64,000 nt of DNA from the NCBI RefSeq assembly GCF_009914755.1, contig NC_060928.1, one strand, 5' to 3'. Each line of letters begins with the position of its first letter. Position 1 is the stretch's first letter. Shown piece by piece: positions 1 through 14,085 of this stretch. The stretch comes from the human T2T-CHM13v2.0 reference genome, Homo sapiens. The position numbers and the translations under genes were made by a program. The notes beneath the pieces were generated by a model. The model saw only the letters and a program-made list of their open reading frames with translations, was not told where the DNA came from and ran no database searches.

Positions 1-59
1 GTAGCCATCTCCTGACACCGTTGATTCTTGAGAATGAGTGTCTGCCATCAGCAAAGCCC

Positions 60-1896
60 CCGTGTTCTCAATAACTTCTCTGAAAATTCCCTTCATCTTG
101 CTCTTGTTGAAATGTGGTTCTTTGGGAAGCACTTGCATGCTCTGTAGTGCTCTCAAATGGTGATCATGGGGAAGGTTCCTTCTTGCTCTTCATTGTCATT
201 TCCAGACTGTTCCATGCTATTCAAGCCCCATTCTCCACTGCTGTAACAGTAATGCCATAAGACTATGCTCCCTACTTCTGTTCCTTGTTTAAATCATCTA
301 AAGGATTGAAGGGCTCTCCTCAGTCTATGAAAACTTTAGCTGTAACTCTTGGCTCACACCACCACAACTCTTTCCTTGATTCTGAGTGTTTTCAGTATTT
401 AGCCATATAATTCTTCAAGTCCTCTTGCCTCCTTGATCACCTCCCTTTGATTCTTTTTTTCTCCCGCCTCCCTTCTGTCATTAAACTCTGTGGTCACACT
501 CTAGACCCACTGTCTACTCATCACTTCCTATATTTCTAGATCACTTCCTCAAATCCTTGGCTCTCAAATATCCTTCAATTGTCCCTCCCACTGAACCTAC
601 AATCCATTGATCCTGCTACTGTTACCCTCATCTTCCCATGCCTCTGTTTCCCTACATACTCCTCAGCTTGGTCAATCATTATAAACATTCCCTTTCAAAC
701 ACTCTAAATTTCCCATGATCAATCATTTTGAACACTCCCTTTCCTATACTTCAATTCATTTAGCTATCTCTTGGCTAAACCCTTACTTTGGGATTTGTAA
801 GCTGTGTTTAACCAAAGTAAACACAGTAAAGGAATGCCTGCTCCATTACCTTACCTGAATAGCCACATATGGCTGGAAAAACATTTACAAATCTAAGTCT
901 TATGTTAGCTTCATGGTAGTTACTCAAGTGGGCCTTTAATGTTGCAGAGCAATTATATTACATTTACTCTTCCTTTTTCTTTCTGTTTTATATCTTCTTT
1001 TTTCAAACCTCTAACACATCTCCCTGTTCTTTATGCAAGTTTCTACTTCACTGTGTTCATAGAAACTACTAGAATAGCAGTTTCCATGAGCTCCTGCTAT
1101 CATATCTACTTACCTTCTAGTATCTGTATACAGACATTCTTCCTTTCCTCCCACTGGAATATATTCTGCATGTTTCTATTTAAAGACACCCTCTCCCATT
1201 CTCACTGGATCACACATAGAGTCTCACTCCAGCAATTCTCCCCTCTTTGTCATCATCAAACTATTCCTCTCAACTGTAGTATTACCATTAGAATACGTTT
1301 TTTAAACCATTTAAACCACATTTTTCCCTCTATCAATCACCCCATTCACTCCTTAGACAGTTAAATTTCTTAAAAGAATGGTATATACCAATGTCATAAT
1401 TTGCCTTTTTCCCTTATCTGTTGAATTGGCATTAGTCCATCTCTTTTCAAGATTTCCAGTGACTGTACCTTGTTAAATTCAAAGATGAACTTCAGTCTTC
1501 CTCTTATTTTACCCATTAGCAACATTTGATGTTCTCTTTCCAGGGCTTTTAGAAAACCAGTCCCCTGATTTATCTCCTACCTTGCTATCCTCCTAACACT
1601 GAAGTGACCCAGAGTTTAGACTTTAGACTTCTTTTCTTATCTGTTTACACTCACTATCTTTCTGATCTCATCCAATCTCATGGCTTTAAATTTCATCTGT
1701 GCCCTAGACACTCCAAAATGTAAATCTCCAGTCAATACTTTTATATCTAATTACTTTAAAATTCCAGTTAAATTATCTAAAATTGAACACCTCTCTCCCT
1801 TAACTACCCTAAAACGTGCTCTCAGTTAATGGCAACTCCATCATTCTAGTTGCTCAGATCAAAAATCTTGGGGTCATTCTTATTACTCTTTATCTC
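60..1896 (+). mobile_element. Ancient L2 (LINE-2) fragments
   Basis: Pyrimidine-rich decayed LINE2-like sequence with typical L2 3'-region words, e.g. 'ctcatccaatctcatggctttaaatttcatct' (~1667) and 'ggcaactccatcattctagttgctcagatcaaaaatcttggggtcattctt' (~1831-1881). Boundaries approximate. Confidence 0.6.
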
Positions 1897-2365
1897 TGTG
1901 ATGGTTAATTTTATGTGTCGGAATGACTGAGCTAATAGATAGCTGGTAAAACATTATATCTGGGTGTGTCTTTGAGAGTGTTTCTGGAAGAGATTCGCAT
2001 TTGAATCAGTAAGCTGAGTAAAGATCGCTCTCACCAGTGCAAGAAGGTATCATCCAATCCACTGCTGAATTGAACAAAAAAGCGGCAGAAGGGAGAATTC
2101 TGTCTCTTTCTTCTTGAACTGGGACCTGGGACATACACTTTCTCCTGCCCTCAGACATCTGTGCTCCTGGTTCTTGGTTTTCTGGACTTGGACTGGGACT
2201 TACATCATTGGCTTTCCTAGTTCTCAGACTTTGGGGCCTGGACTGGAACAATACCATCAGCTTTCCTGGCCTCCAGCTTGCAGATGGCAGATCATGGGAC
2301 TTCTCAGCCTCCATAATCTCAAGAGACAATTTCCCATAATAAATCTTTCTCTCTCCTCTCTCTCC
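1897..2365 (+). mobile_element. MLT2-family ERVL LTR (3' end truncated)
   Basis: Starts TGTGATGGTTAATTTTATGTGTC, contains 'gctggtaaaacattatatctgggtgtgtc' and 'cctccagcttgcagatggcagatcatgggacttctcagcctccataatc', and has AATAAA at ~2338. All are MLT2 hallmarks. Confidence 0.85.
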
Positions 2366-2369
2366 AAAA

Positions 2370-2830
2370 AGGGAACAAAAAGGGAATCTAAAGCAGCAGA
2401 GAGAAAATGAGGGAATAAAAAGGCAAATTCTGAGGTGGAGGGATGAAAAACAGACTTCAATTCTGATTACTTGTATTGTTTCATTGAAGCAAGAGGTGAG
2501 GAGTATCTGGTAAAAGTGAGGGCAGATTCAATGCATAAAATCAGTGGTAAATATCTGAAACATTAGCTTTGGAAAGCAAGGAGGGAAGTCTAGGAGTTAA
2601 TATAATATATGTAATGTATTAAATGCTCATTGAGTATGTGTTGGCTTGAATTCAATTAAGTAGGCAAGAGAAAGGGTAAGCTGGTTGAAAGCAATATTAA
2701 TAGTTCAATCTGAAAGAAATGAATGTACACCTTTGCAGTGGATTTTTAGCCGCTCAGGAGCAGAATGCTAAGAAATGTGTTCCTGGATTCATGCAGAGTA
2801 GATGATAGGCATTGTGAGTGTGGTCAAACT
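2370..2830 (-). mobile_element. L2 fragment
   Basis: Purine-rich decayed sequence; 'ttctgattacttgtattgtttcattgaagcaagaggtgagg' resembles L2 antisense. Confidence 0.4.
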
Positions 2831-2874
2831 TCATGAAGATGATAGAATTAGTATATGTTAATCTGCTGCTAACA

Positions 2875-3020
2875 GTAACAGCAAATGCTTAGTGAGCTCT
2901 TGGGCAAAGATTTCATCTGTACCCATCTCTTCATGTTCACAATGGCCTTACTTGATGCATACCTTAACAACCCCCATTTTCCAGATAAGGAAAATAAGAT
3001 TAAATAACTCCCTCAAGTGT
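2875..3020 (-). mobile_element. MIR SINE fragment
   Basis: 'cccccattttccagataaggaaaataagat' resembles the MIR core. Confidence 0.5.
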
Positions 3021-3849
3021 AGCTGAGACTCTCTAGTGTTTTAAACTCTGTTGACATTTGGTGTGCTTTTCTGGTTCTGAACTTCAAGGAGATGAATCAA
3101 AATTCCCTTTATTCATGTTAGCTATAGGCTTTGGGTTCAAATTCTTAAATTTCTTTGGTGGTAATTTGGGCATTTAAAATATAACTTATTTAATTTTCAC
3201 AACATATATTTTTTAACATTTTGAAGTTTTATAAATATAAAATGAATTATGTTCCATAATAATCTGTTATTATCTTTTAAGAAAATTTTACAAAGAATGT
3301 ATTTGAAAATATATATAAGCCAGGATGTGGCTGGTAGCTCAGAAGAACGGGGTAGAGTAGGGCCAAAATTGATGACAAAAAAGACGAAGTTTAATTACAC
3401 AAATTATCACTAGGCTTAGCACAGTCTACATATAAATAATTCTTGGTCAGCCAGGATATCTTATTTCACTCATCTAATAATGTATAATGTTCATGTCTGT
3501 TTCTAGCACCCGTATTGATTTTTCTCCTTTTTGTTATGAAATATAACATGTATATTAAAAATAATAGGGAGTAATATAATTAATACCATATAATCTTTAC
3601 ATAGATTTTAAAACATCAATTTTTTTTCCATTTCTTCAGAATTTTCAAAAGTAAGTGAAACAAAAGCTACAGGTAGATTTGAAAGCCTATTTATACTCAC
3701 ACACTATCTGGTTGGGTACATAATTCTGTACATATTCTTTACATATATGTAGCAATACTATTATATGGTGACCATAATTCTGCAACTTGCGGTTTTAGGG
3801 TTTTTCCATCTTCAAATTTTCCAACACACTTAACAGGTTCCTTTCTTGA

Positions 3850-4075
3850 GATTTACATTGGTTATTCCCTTTTCCAGGAGCATATTTCCTTCAGGTTTCA
3901 ACATGGCTAACTTCAAGTCTTTTCTCAGATGTTATTTTTTCAATGAGACCTACATTTTACCACTCTTTATTGAAAGTCCAACCCACCACTTCTCCTCTTC
4001 TCACCCTAGTTCAGGCATTGTGATCCTCCGCACATAATTATTTTTCCCTATAGATTTTATCGACATTTCAGTTAA
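3850..4075 (+). mobile_element. L2 3' region, left part (interrupted by ERVL provirus)
   Basis: 'ttcaagtcttttctcagatgttattttttcaatgagacct...ttatttttccctatagattttatc' follows the L2a 3' consensus order. Confidence 0.55.
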
Positions 4076-4077
4076 AA

Positions 4078-4497
4078 TGTGCTGCACTGCCTAGATTTTT
4101 CCTTTACTCTCGTAGAGTCACTCATTCCCCTATTGCTGGTGGTGACTTATAAAGCTAAACTGAGTTCCCCTCCAACAATTGCCCTAAGAGAGCAGCCTCA
4201 CTGAAGGTTATGTCCCTCCTAAAGGGCAGCCCGCATACAATGATTAGCCTTTGCAAGAGGCTAGATGGTCTGTCCCCCATGCCTAACGTTGGAATAATTG
4301 TAATGGGCCAGCCAAACTCTAGAACTTCCTGTAGGATCAGCTGAATCTTCTGTTGCAACTGCATCACTGTTCAGCTTCTCCTTCTGACCAGTTCTTCTCC
4401 TCTCATACCTCACAATTGTTTCTGAGATCTCTATCCAGTATTCCTTGTGTACACACCTTTTTTGTTATCAGAGTTCTATGAAGATTGACCTTTGACG
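4078..4497 (+). mobile_element. LTR16-family ERVL 5' LTR
   Basis: Starts TGT; 'gggccagccaaactctagaacttcctgtaggatcagctgaatcttctgttgcaactgcatcactgttcagcttctccttctgaccag' matches the LTR16 motif order and is similar to the solo LTR at 10.2-10.6 kb. Confidence 0.7.
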
Positions 4498-6950
4498 TTT
4501 ATACTAGAGCTAATCCTAGAAAGCAGAGTCTAAAATGGGATGTTTGTAGGTTCATGATTTTATTTGGCCAGCTGTCAAGAAAAACTCCTTCAATGGGGGT
4601 AGATGGAACATTGTTAGGTCCAGATATTTGGTTGCAGTGAAATTATTAAAATTTTCAGTGATGTGGAACTGGGAACAGATAGGCATTAAGGGGAATTCAC
4701 TGGCAGGTAAGCTATCCCAGGAGTTTGAATTTTTCAGGGATGATAGTAATTTTAAGAAATTTGGAATTAGATGGCTATTTCTTCAGGGCAATGATACATG
4801 GAGAATGGCAAGAAAAGTGTGAATGTTATTAACAACTAATATAAAAAGAGTCTGCTGTGGCCAGTGGAGAGCAAAAGCTAGAGATTCAACATTTAATTAA
4901 AGAGCAGCACACTCTTTAAAAAGTGGAATCCTCAACTTCAGGATCTGCTATGCCAAGATTAGGTCCCTGATTTGAAAAGAGTAGAACTTTGAAAACTGGG
5001 ATGTGGATATCTGGATTGAAGCACTTCCAAACTTTGAATCTCCAGATTCTCTTGAACTCTTTTAGACTGTCACAGTGATACACTCCTCTTTGCTAATTAA
5101 TGGGCTGGCCTACCTCTGCTTGAGATGTCTTCCTTGCGAGACCAGTTGTGCTCTCTTTAGGATATACCACCACTCTCCATCCCCCATGCCCCAAACAGTA
5201 AACCAATAACTGGGTTAAGTCACAACCTAACCCATCAGGGGACATGCTGAAGTAGCAAAGGGATTGTAACCTGAAGCAAAAACTAGCCAGTGTATAGTGG
5301 CAGCATCCAGGAGAGTATACATGGGACTGGATTCTGAGGATGCTGGATAAAAGAGAGTTTATTGATGTGAGAACACTCTCCAGGTTACACGATTTAAAAC
5401 CTATGCAAGGTCTCTGGGATGTGGAGCAAACAAGGTACTAGGATGACTCCTAGAAGCTTAGAGAAAGTAATGGACTACACTCTGTGAGGTTGAAGTGCCA
5501 GAACTACTTTATCTTACAGTTGTAGAGGGATCAAAGGGCTCACAGAAGTGGGCATGCTAGAGTGGATACACTAACTAGGTCAGAAAACCTACCAGACCAC
5601 TATGATCCATGAGAGGAAATTTCATTTACCAAAGGAAAAAGGCATATGCTGGTGAGAAGGGCATGGGCATTACTGAGAAGCTCAGTGGTGGCTGTCTTCT
5701 ATCAGCCAGGGATGAGGGTAAGAGATGCTGTTAATAACTGGGCTCACTGATAGCAATGGGACTCATAGGATCCCTAATTAATAGAGACCAGGTGGCAGTG
5801 CTGAACTGTCAGACACCAGTTGGGGCAATTATTATAATGAGCAGCAACATCAGAGTGGCAGCCAGGAGAGAGAACCTGTGGAGAGCTATAGAGGTGGTTA
5901 GCAGAATACAGCATGTCTAGGTACAGTAAGACATATGTGCAGCCAACAAAGGCACAATGTATACAACCAAAATAAAGGATGGAAGATGAGGAGGCTGAGG
6001 GAAGTCATCCAAATAAAATGTTTCAATCCCTTTTCCAGATTCCAAGTCTGAGCCAGTTTTGCAGACCTCGAAATTGCTGCTTGTAGGCTAGACTTTTGCC
6101 TCAGAAGGAAGAAACCTGCCACACCACAGAAAGTACACAGTAATGATTCTCCCAGTCCCTCCCAATCAGACCTTGCCATTTACTTGGGTAATTGTACAGT
6201 GAAGTAAGAGAGAAAGAAAAACATACTTCAAGACTTGCTAGACACAAGGTCCAAGCTGACATAGATACCTGGGAGGCCGAAAGCAGCAACACTCTCCTGC
6301 TTGGGAGAGGATGGTACTTATTAAATGGAGTCAAGCCCCAGGTGTGGCTCACGGTGGATTCACTGGGACCACTGGGTTTGCAGACTCACTTGGTCTCTGA
6401 ATGAACAATTGAAATAGACATAATTAGATTTTGAAAATACCCCACATGTGTTCTTTGGCCACGGGCTAAGAGCTATCATGGTGGGAAAGACAAAAAGTCA
6501 AAGTCACTGGAACTTGCCCCTCACAGTGGTCATGGATGAATTGCTATTGAAACCAGGGGAGAGTAAGCAAATTATTGCCACTGTTAAAGACATAATAGAT
6601 TCAAAATTAGTGACTTGCATTATATTTCCATTTAATTTTCCAAACAGGTCTCTAGAAAACTCAGATGGATCCTGGGTTTACGGCTTACTGTAACTCAATT
6701 AAAAGGAAACCCCAGGTGCAGTTGCTTTGCTAGATAAGCTATTCCTGCTGGAACCAGTTAATGCTTCCAGTCCATGGTATGTAATAAGTGATCTAGCCAG
6801 GGTATTCTCTTCCACCTCTTCAGACAGGAGGGCAAGAAACCATCTGTATTCACTCTGAATGGACAACAGTATACTTTTCAGTTTTCATACAGCACTACCT
6901 TAACTCTCCTGTCCTGAATCAAGAATTAGTCTGAAAGTATCCAAATGCAG
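4498..6950 (+). pseudogene. ERVL internal region (ERV3-16A3_I-like), decayed gag-pro-pol
   Basis: Protease remnant LQDLLDTRSKLT*IPG at 6226-6273 (cf. ERVL LLDTGSELTLIPG). RT N-terminus IIATVKDIIDSKLV...PFNFP...DGSW in ORF 6448-6693, followed by nucleotide remnants of the WY..DLA..FS and W.GQQYTF motifs. Many stops and frameshifts. Confidence 0.8.
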
Positions 6951-7178
6951 ATTCTATCTGTCTACTTCTCCTATTCTCAGAGGGAGAAAACTTGCAACAG
7001 GCAGCACAATGAGCATCTCTTAGTCATTAAACTTAGTCATTAAGCTATCATTTTGGGCTACTTGTACCTATTTCCTTCTGTTCTCTTAGTTGTTCTTCCC
7101 AAGAGCATCCTCCAAAACACTCCTGAATGCGAATCACCGAGTCTGACAGCCTGTTTTCTCAGGAACTGGGCTTCACCA
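6951..7178 (+). mobile_element. Partial 3' LTR of the ERVL provirus
   Basis: 'cccaagagcatcctccaaaacactcctgaatgcgaatcaccgagtctgacagcctgttttctcaggaac' resembles an LTR16 3' end. Confidence 0.55.
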
Positions 7179-7220
7179 ACTTTTAACCTACTGTAGTATT
7201 TAACTCATTAATTGCTCTTA

Positions 7221-9336
<2,116 letters not shown>

Positions 9337-9534
9337 ATATTTCATAAAAAAGCTTAATTTATTAACATTAACTTTTGGATATTATGACTGGTGTCACAAC
9401 TCATGCCTCCGAAAACCATTTGTCTTTTAGAGCATCTTCCTACATGATTTAAACCTTTGGAAATCTGCTCTTTGAAAACTGAAGGCTTTGTTTTAATCAA
9501 GTGATCATGTCATTTGCTATTAATTTTTAGTTTT

Positions 9535-9812
9535 GGCTGGGTGTGGTGGCTCACGCCTGTAATCCTAGCACTTTGGGAGGCCAAGAGGTGTAGATTGCCT
9601 GAGCTCAGGAGTTTGAGACCAGTCTGGGCAACGTGGTGAAACCCCATCTCTACTGAAAATAGAAAAATTAGCTCAGCGGGTGGCGGACGCCTGTAATCCC
9701 AGGTACTCGTGAGTCTGAGGCTGGAGAATAGCTTCAACCCAGAAGGTGGAGGTTGCATTGAGCAGAGATCAAGTGATTGAATGACAGAGTGAGGCTCTGC
9801 TTCAAAAAAAAA
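9535..9812 (+). mobile_element. Alu (old J/S type) with right-arm deletion
   Basis: Starts GGCTGGGTGTGGTGGCTCACGCCTGTAATCC, has the A-rich linker and A tail; lacks the 'gcgccactgcactccagcctggg' segment. Confidence 0.95.
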
Positions 9813-10165
9813 TTAATAGTTTTGTAATTTTTCAAATTATCTAAACAATACATGTTTACTTTTACTCAAAGAACATAGAGACACATAATGGAAAGGTAGT
9901 CACAACTTAGAGTTAAATACTATTGGATGCCCATTCCTTAATACTTCTAAGTATTATATTGATGTATTTTAAAGTTTACCTGTATAAAATATTATGGACT
10001 CTTGTTATTAATATCTTTCCCTTTTGTTTTGTTTGGTTACTTATACTACCTCCAGCCCAACTGCTTTCCCCATGACCAAGATTATATTCTACTTTTCTCC
10101 ATGCATATGTAATCATTTACAAATATGTTTATACCTTTTGGGTTCTGGCATACTTTGTTTTAGGT

Positions 10166-10586
10166 ATTGTGAGGGACAGAGGCACCACCCAGATTGTTCC
10201 TCAATGAAGAACTAAAAGCTTGGGGGTGGGGGTGCTATGAGTAGATGCCTCAGTTCCTTCAGTGATTACTAGCTTCAGAGAACTGCCTCACCCATGGTCA
10301 CACTATTTCCTGAGCAGCCCACATCAAATGACTAATCTAGTTAAGAGTATGACTTACTGGCCATTTGGACCTGATACAGGGACACTCTGATGGCAATTTT
10401 AGCTCTAGACCTCCCCATTGGGTCAGCCAAGATTCTCATCAGGCTTGCTTCACAACTCAATTTCACCCTCTGCCCAATTTTGCTTTTTCTCTCCCCTGTT
10501 TGTACATGTTAATTGCAAGACACTTACAGATAAATATCTTAAACTTCATCTCAGATTCTGCTTCCTGGAAAATCTAACCTGTGTAA
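10166..10586 (+). mobile_element. LTR16-family solo LTR
   Basis: 'gggacactctgatggcaattttagctctagacctccccattgggtcagccaag...catctcagattctgcttcctggaaaatctaacctgtg' matches the LTR16 body and 3' end. Confidence 0.75.
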
Positions 10587-11204
10587 GGGATCATACTACG
10601 TATTCATCTCTGCTTCTTGCTTTTCTCTCTCACTATAATCAGACTCTGACCCAGACGATTGACATAGAACTAAGGCTTTCTTTTGAATGACTATGTAATT
10701 TTCCAGCATTTTCATGCACCACAATTTGTTCAACTTTCCATACTAGGGAACATTCTAGTAGTTTCCAAATTTTATTTTTAAACATACAAAAAGTTCTGAA
10801 ATAAATGTCCCTGTCACAGATCAATTTAAACTCAAAATTACATGATTACTTACTTCCAAAGTTCCTGTTACTTTTTTTTCACTAGTCAGTTCTTTTTTTT
10901 TTAAATAAAGTTCACATTACTCCACTTATTACTTTATGCACTTTCTGAGAGTTCCAATATTATCAACACAAGCCAATAATTTTTAAAATCCATGGCTAAT
11001 ATCTATAGAATTAAAGTCTTCCACAATTTTTGGTCATTCCTCTTTTCCTAATTTTGTGAAATATATGAAAAAGGTACTTATCAGTATCCTTTAGCTGGGA
11101 TAAATCGCTCACACAAAGGTAACGAGGCTGCATTCAATCCTCTCAATCTAATTTACATGCACTGAAAAAAATACTAAAAACTGTAAATTTTTAAATCACA
11201 AACA

Positions 11205-11395
11205 CTAGGTTGGAATCCTGGCTATACAAAAAATTACATGTGCAATATCCAACTTACTAACACTCTCTCAATTTCAGTTTTCTTATTTGTAAAATGTGAA
11301 TGCCTTGCCGGGTTTTAGTGAGAACTAAAGATTTTGTAGGTTCATTGCCTGGGAAAGTGCTTTGCATAGAGAAGGTCGTCTATAAGTCATTATAA
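11205..11395 (+). mobile_element. MIR SINE
   Basis: 'ggttggaatcctggct...tttcagttttcttatttgtaaaatg' MIR core. Confidence 0.6.
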
Positions 11396-11556
11396 TTTTT
11401 TTTCATATTCTTGGATTTTCACACACGGGTGTGTGTGTGCATGTATGTGTGTATATGTATCAATGCTATACTCACATTTTTTTCTAATAGTTCTTTTTCT
11501 TCTTAAAGAAATCCACATTTGTTCTGCTTTATGAAAGTAAAGCATACTTTAGGTAC

Positions 11557-12830
11557 TTAGGTTGGTGCAAAAGTAATTGCATTTTTGGACCGTGAAATTT
11601 AAATTCTTATGACTAGGCTCAAACACATCCTTATTAATCAAAATAAAAACTATTATGATCACACATTTTTGCCAATGAGAAATAAGTTTGCTTATTCCTA
11701 TAGCATAAAAATCCATGCTTCAGGATTTGACAAACTCTTGGAAAGAATTTTCTGCATCCTGCTGGTTGTGGAAGCGTTTTACCTGCAAAAAGTTGTGGAG
11801 ATGCTTGAAGAAGTGGTAGTCTGTTGATGAGAGGTCAGGTGAATATGAAGGATGAGCCAAAACTTGGTAGCCCAATGCATTGAACTTTTGAAGCATTGGT
11901 TGTGCGACGTGTGGTTGGGCGTTGTCATGGAGAAGAATTGGGCCCTTTCTATTGACCAATGCCAGTTGCAGGTGTGGCAGTTTTTGGTGCATCTCATAGA
12001 TTTGCTGAGCATAGTCCTCAGATATAATGGTTTCACCAGGATTCAGAAAGCTGTAGCGGATCAGACCATCAGCAGACTACCAGTGACCATGACCTTCTTT
12101 TTGGTGCAAGTTTGGATTTGGGAAGTGCTTTGGAGCTTCTTCCCGGTCCAGCCACAGAGCTGGTCATCACTGGTTGTCATATAAAACCCACTTTTCGTCA
12201 CACGTCAGAATCCTATCAAGACATGGTCCATCGTTGTTGCATAGAATAAGGGAAGACAACACTTCAAAATGATGATTTTTTTAAATTTTCACTCAGCTCA
12301 TGAAGCACCCACTTATTGAGCTTTTTCACCTTTCCAATTTGCTTCAAATGCCAAGCGACCCTGGAATGGTCGACGTCAAGCTCTTTGGCAACTTCTTGTG
12401 TGGTTGTAAGAGGATCAGCTTCAATAATTGCTCTCAGTTGGCAGTTGTTAACTTCTGATGGCTGGTCACTATGCTCCTCATCTTCAAGGCTCTCGTCTCC
12501 TCTGCAAAACTTCTTGAGCTACCACTGTACATTTGTTAGCAGTTCCTTGGCCAAATGCGTTGTTGATATTGCGAGTTGTCTCTGCTGCTTTATGACCCAT
12601 TTTTAAATTGAATAAGAAAATCACTCGAATTTGCTTTTTGTCTGACACCATTTCCATAGTCTAAAATAAACATAAAATAAACAGCAAGTAATAAGTCATT
12701 AGCAAAAAGACATAAAGTGAGAAATGTGCATTAAAATGATGTATAACACAACCACACTTAAGAACTTATTCTAATATCAAAAGGCAAATTTCAACAATGC
12801 AAAAACTGCAATTACTTTTGCACCAACCTT
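11557..12830 (-). mobile_element. Hsmar1 mariner DNA transposon, full length (~1.27 kb)
   Basis: TIRs TTAGGTTGGTGCAAAAGTAATTGC (11557-11580) and GCAATTACTTTTGCACCAACCT (12808-12829) flank a mariner transposase. The TA TSDs are degraded. Confidence 0.97.
11634..12657 (-). pseudogene. Hsmar1 transposase pseudogene (frameshifts/stops; same family as the SETMAR transposase domain)
   Basis: Reads MEMVSDKKQIRVIF...KMGHKAAETTRNINNAFG, KWVLHEL (WVPHEL motif), TCDEKW, ILLHDNAQPH and YSPDLSSTDYHFF. All three catalytic D positions are recognisable, but there is no continuous ORF. Confidence 0.93.
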
Positions 12831-12831
12831 G

Positions 12832-12854
12832 TCTTATCTTTTATCTTATCTTAT
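12832..12854. repeat. (CTTAT)n short pentanucleotide repeat
   Basis: tcttatcttttatcttatcttat directly after the Hsmar1 TIR. Confidence 0.6.
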
Positions 12855-13874
12855 GTGGGCTTTGTGATACCTAATTAGATGCATTTACCTCCTTATAAAA
12901 TTTCCCAAGTCAACAGAGTATACAATCCTTCACCTACATGAAAAAGCAGAAGTAGATAGAAAAACCTTGTGAACCTGATAAATTAAGCCAGACTTTCAGT
13001 TTCAAAACAGAAAGAAACAAAAACAAAAGCAAAACAAACAAAAACATTACAGTTTTAAGGAGCTAGGTCAGATCTAAATTATAACTGTTGCAGAAATGTC
13101 ATGTGGAGTTAAGTCATATCATTTCTCATCTCCATTCCCTGGGCCTGAAGCTGGTTTCCTCAACTCCTGGTACCTACAAGTCTTCTTTCTTTCTGTGGAA
13201 AGAACCAGAAGCTGCTTTTTGTTTTCAGATGATTCTGATTTACCTTATAGGGAATATGCAACCTGTTATACAGTTCCAGTGGTTCAAATTTTTATTTTCC
13301 CCTTGATTTCGCGATGTATTCTTAATTTGGCAACATTTTACTATTCTTTTTTTTAACCCCCTTGATCTCCTAGCTTTCTTTTTGGAATATTTCTTCCACT
13401 CTCTCTAGCAACTCTACTAACCCAGGTATATACAAACATTGCTTATGATCTTTCATCTCTTCTCTAGGTGAACAGTGATTCAACTCATCCCAGAATCTCT
13501 CACCTGTTGGAGATTAGATCCTTAAACCATGAGTTGGAAAGCAGCAAATAGAGTGGAAGAGCCTCCAAAAGAAAACACAAAAGGGGCAATGTATTATCTT
13601 TCAGAGAAATCACTCTAAATTTTTACCCAAAGTATGTGGCAGGAGAGAGTGAACCCAAGATGGGACTAGCACTGAGAAAAAAACCAAACCTCATTTTGAT
13701 GTTGCCCTTTGTGAAATCTTACAGAGCAGAGCTGTACCAGATTTTAGGTAGTATTTAAAAAGTAGCATTTCAGGATGGGCTTTAGAAGATCTAAGTGTAA
13801 AACCAGATCTAAGAGTAAAACAAGGGTTCACTTGGAAAATTTTATTAGTGTGAACTTTATGAAATCTTTTATTT

Positions 13875-14085
13875 AGTAGTCCACAACCTGGGGTGTTACC
13901 TATTCCTCTTTGGAGTATTTAGAAATACGAAGGGACATTTTCGATTACCAGAATGTCTGAGTGGCACTACTTGCATATTGTTGGCAATGACCAAAACTAT
14001 AAGTGTCTTGTGGGTACTCCTGGAAATCCAGCCAATAAAGAACTGCTTTACACAAAATGTCATTAATACTCCAAGAAACACAGTG
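13875..14085 (+). mobile_element. MER20-like hAT-Charlie non-autonomous DNA transposon
   Basis: Motif order 'gggacattttcgattacc...gcactacttgcat...aaagaactgctttacacaaaatgtcattaatact...gaaacacag' parallels MER20. Confidence 0.55.

Noticed and set aside
671-756. Degenerate ~47-bp tandem duplication
   Set aside because: Old duplication inside an L2 fossil with no sign of function.
11720-11992. SETMAR coding exon
   Set aside because: Both TIRs are present, the transposase frame is broken and no SET-domain exons are nearby. It is an ordinary Hsmar1 copy.
13579-13711. Short inverted ends (aaggggcaa / ttgcccttt) as a novel MITE
   Set aside because: Only about 9 imperfect bases and no TSD; compatible with chance.
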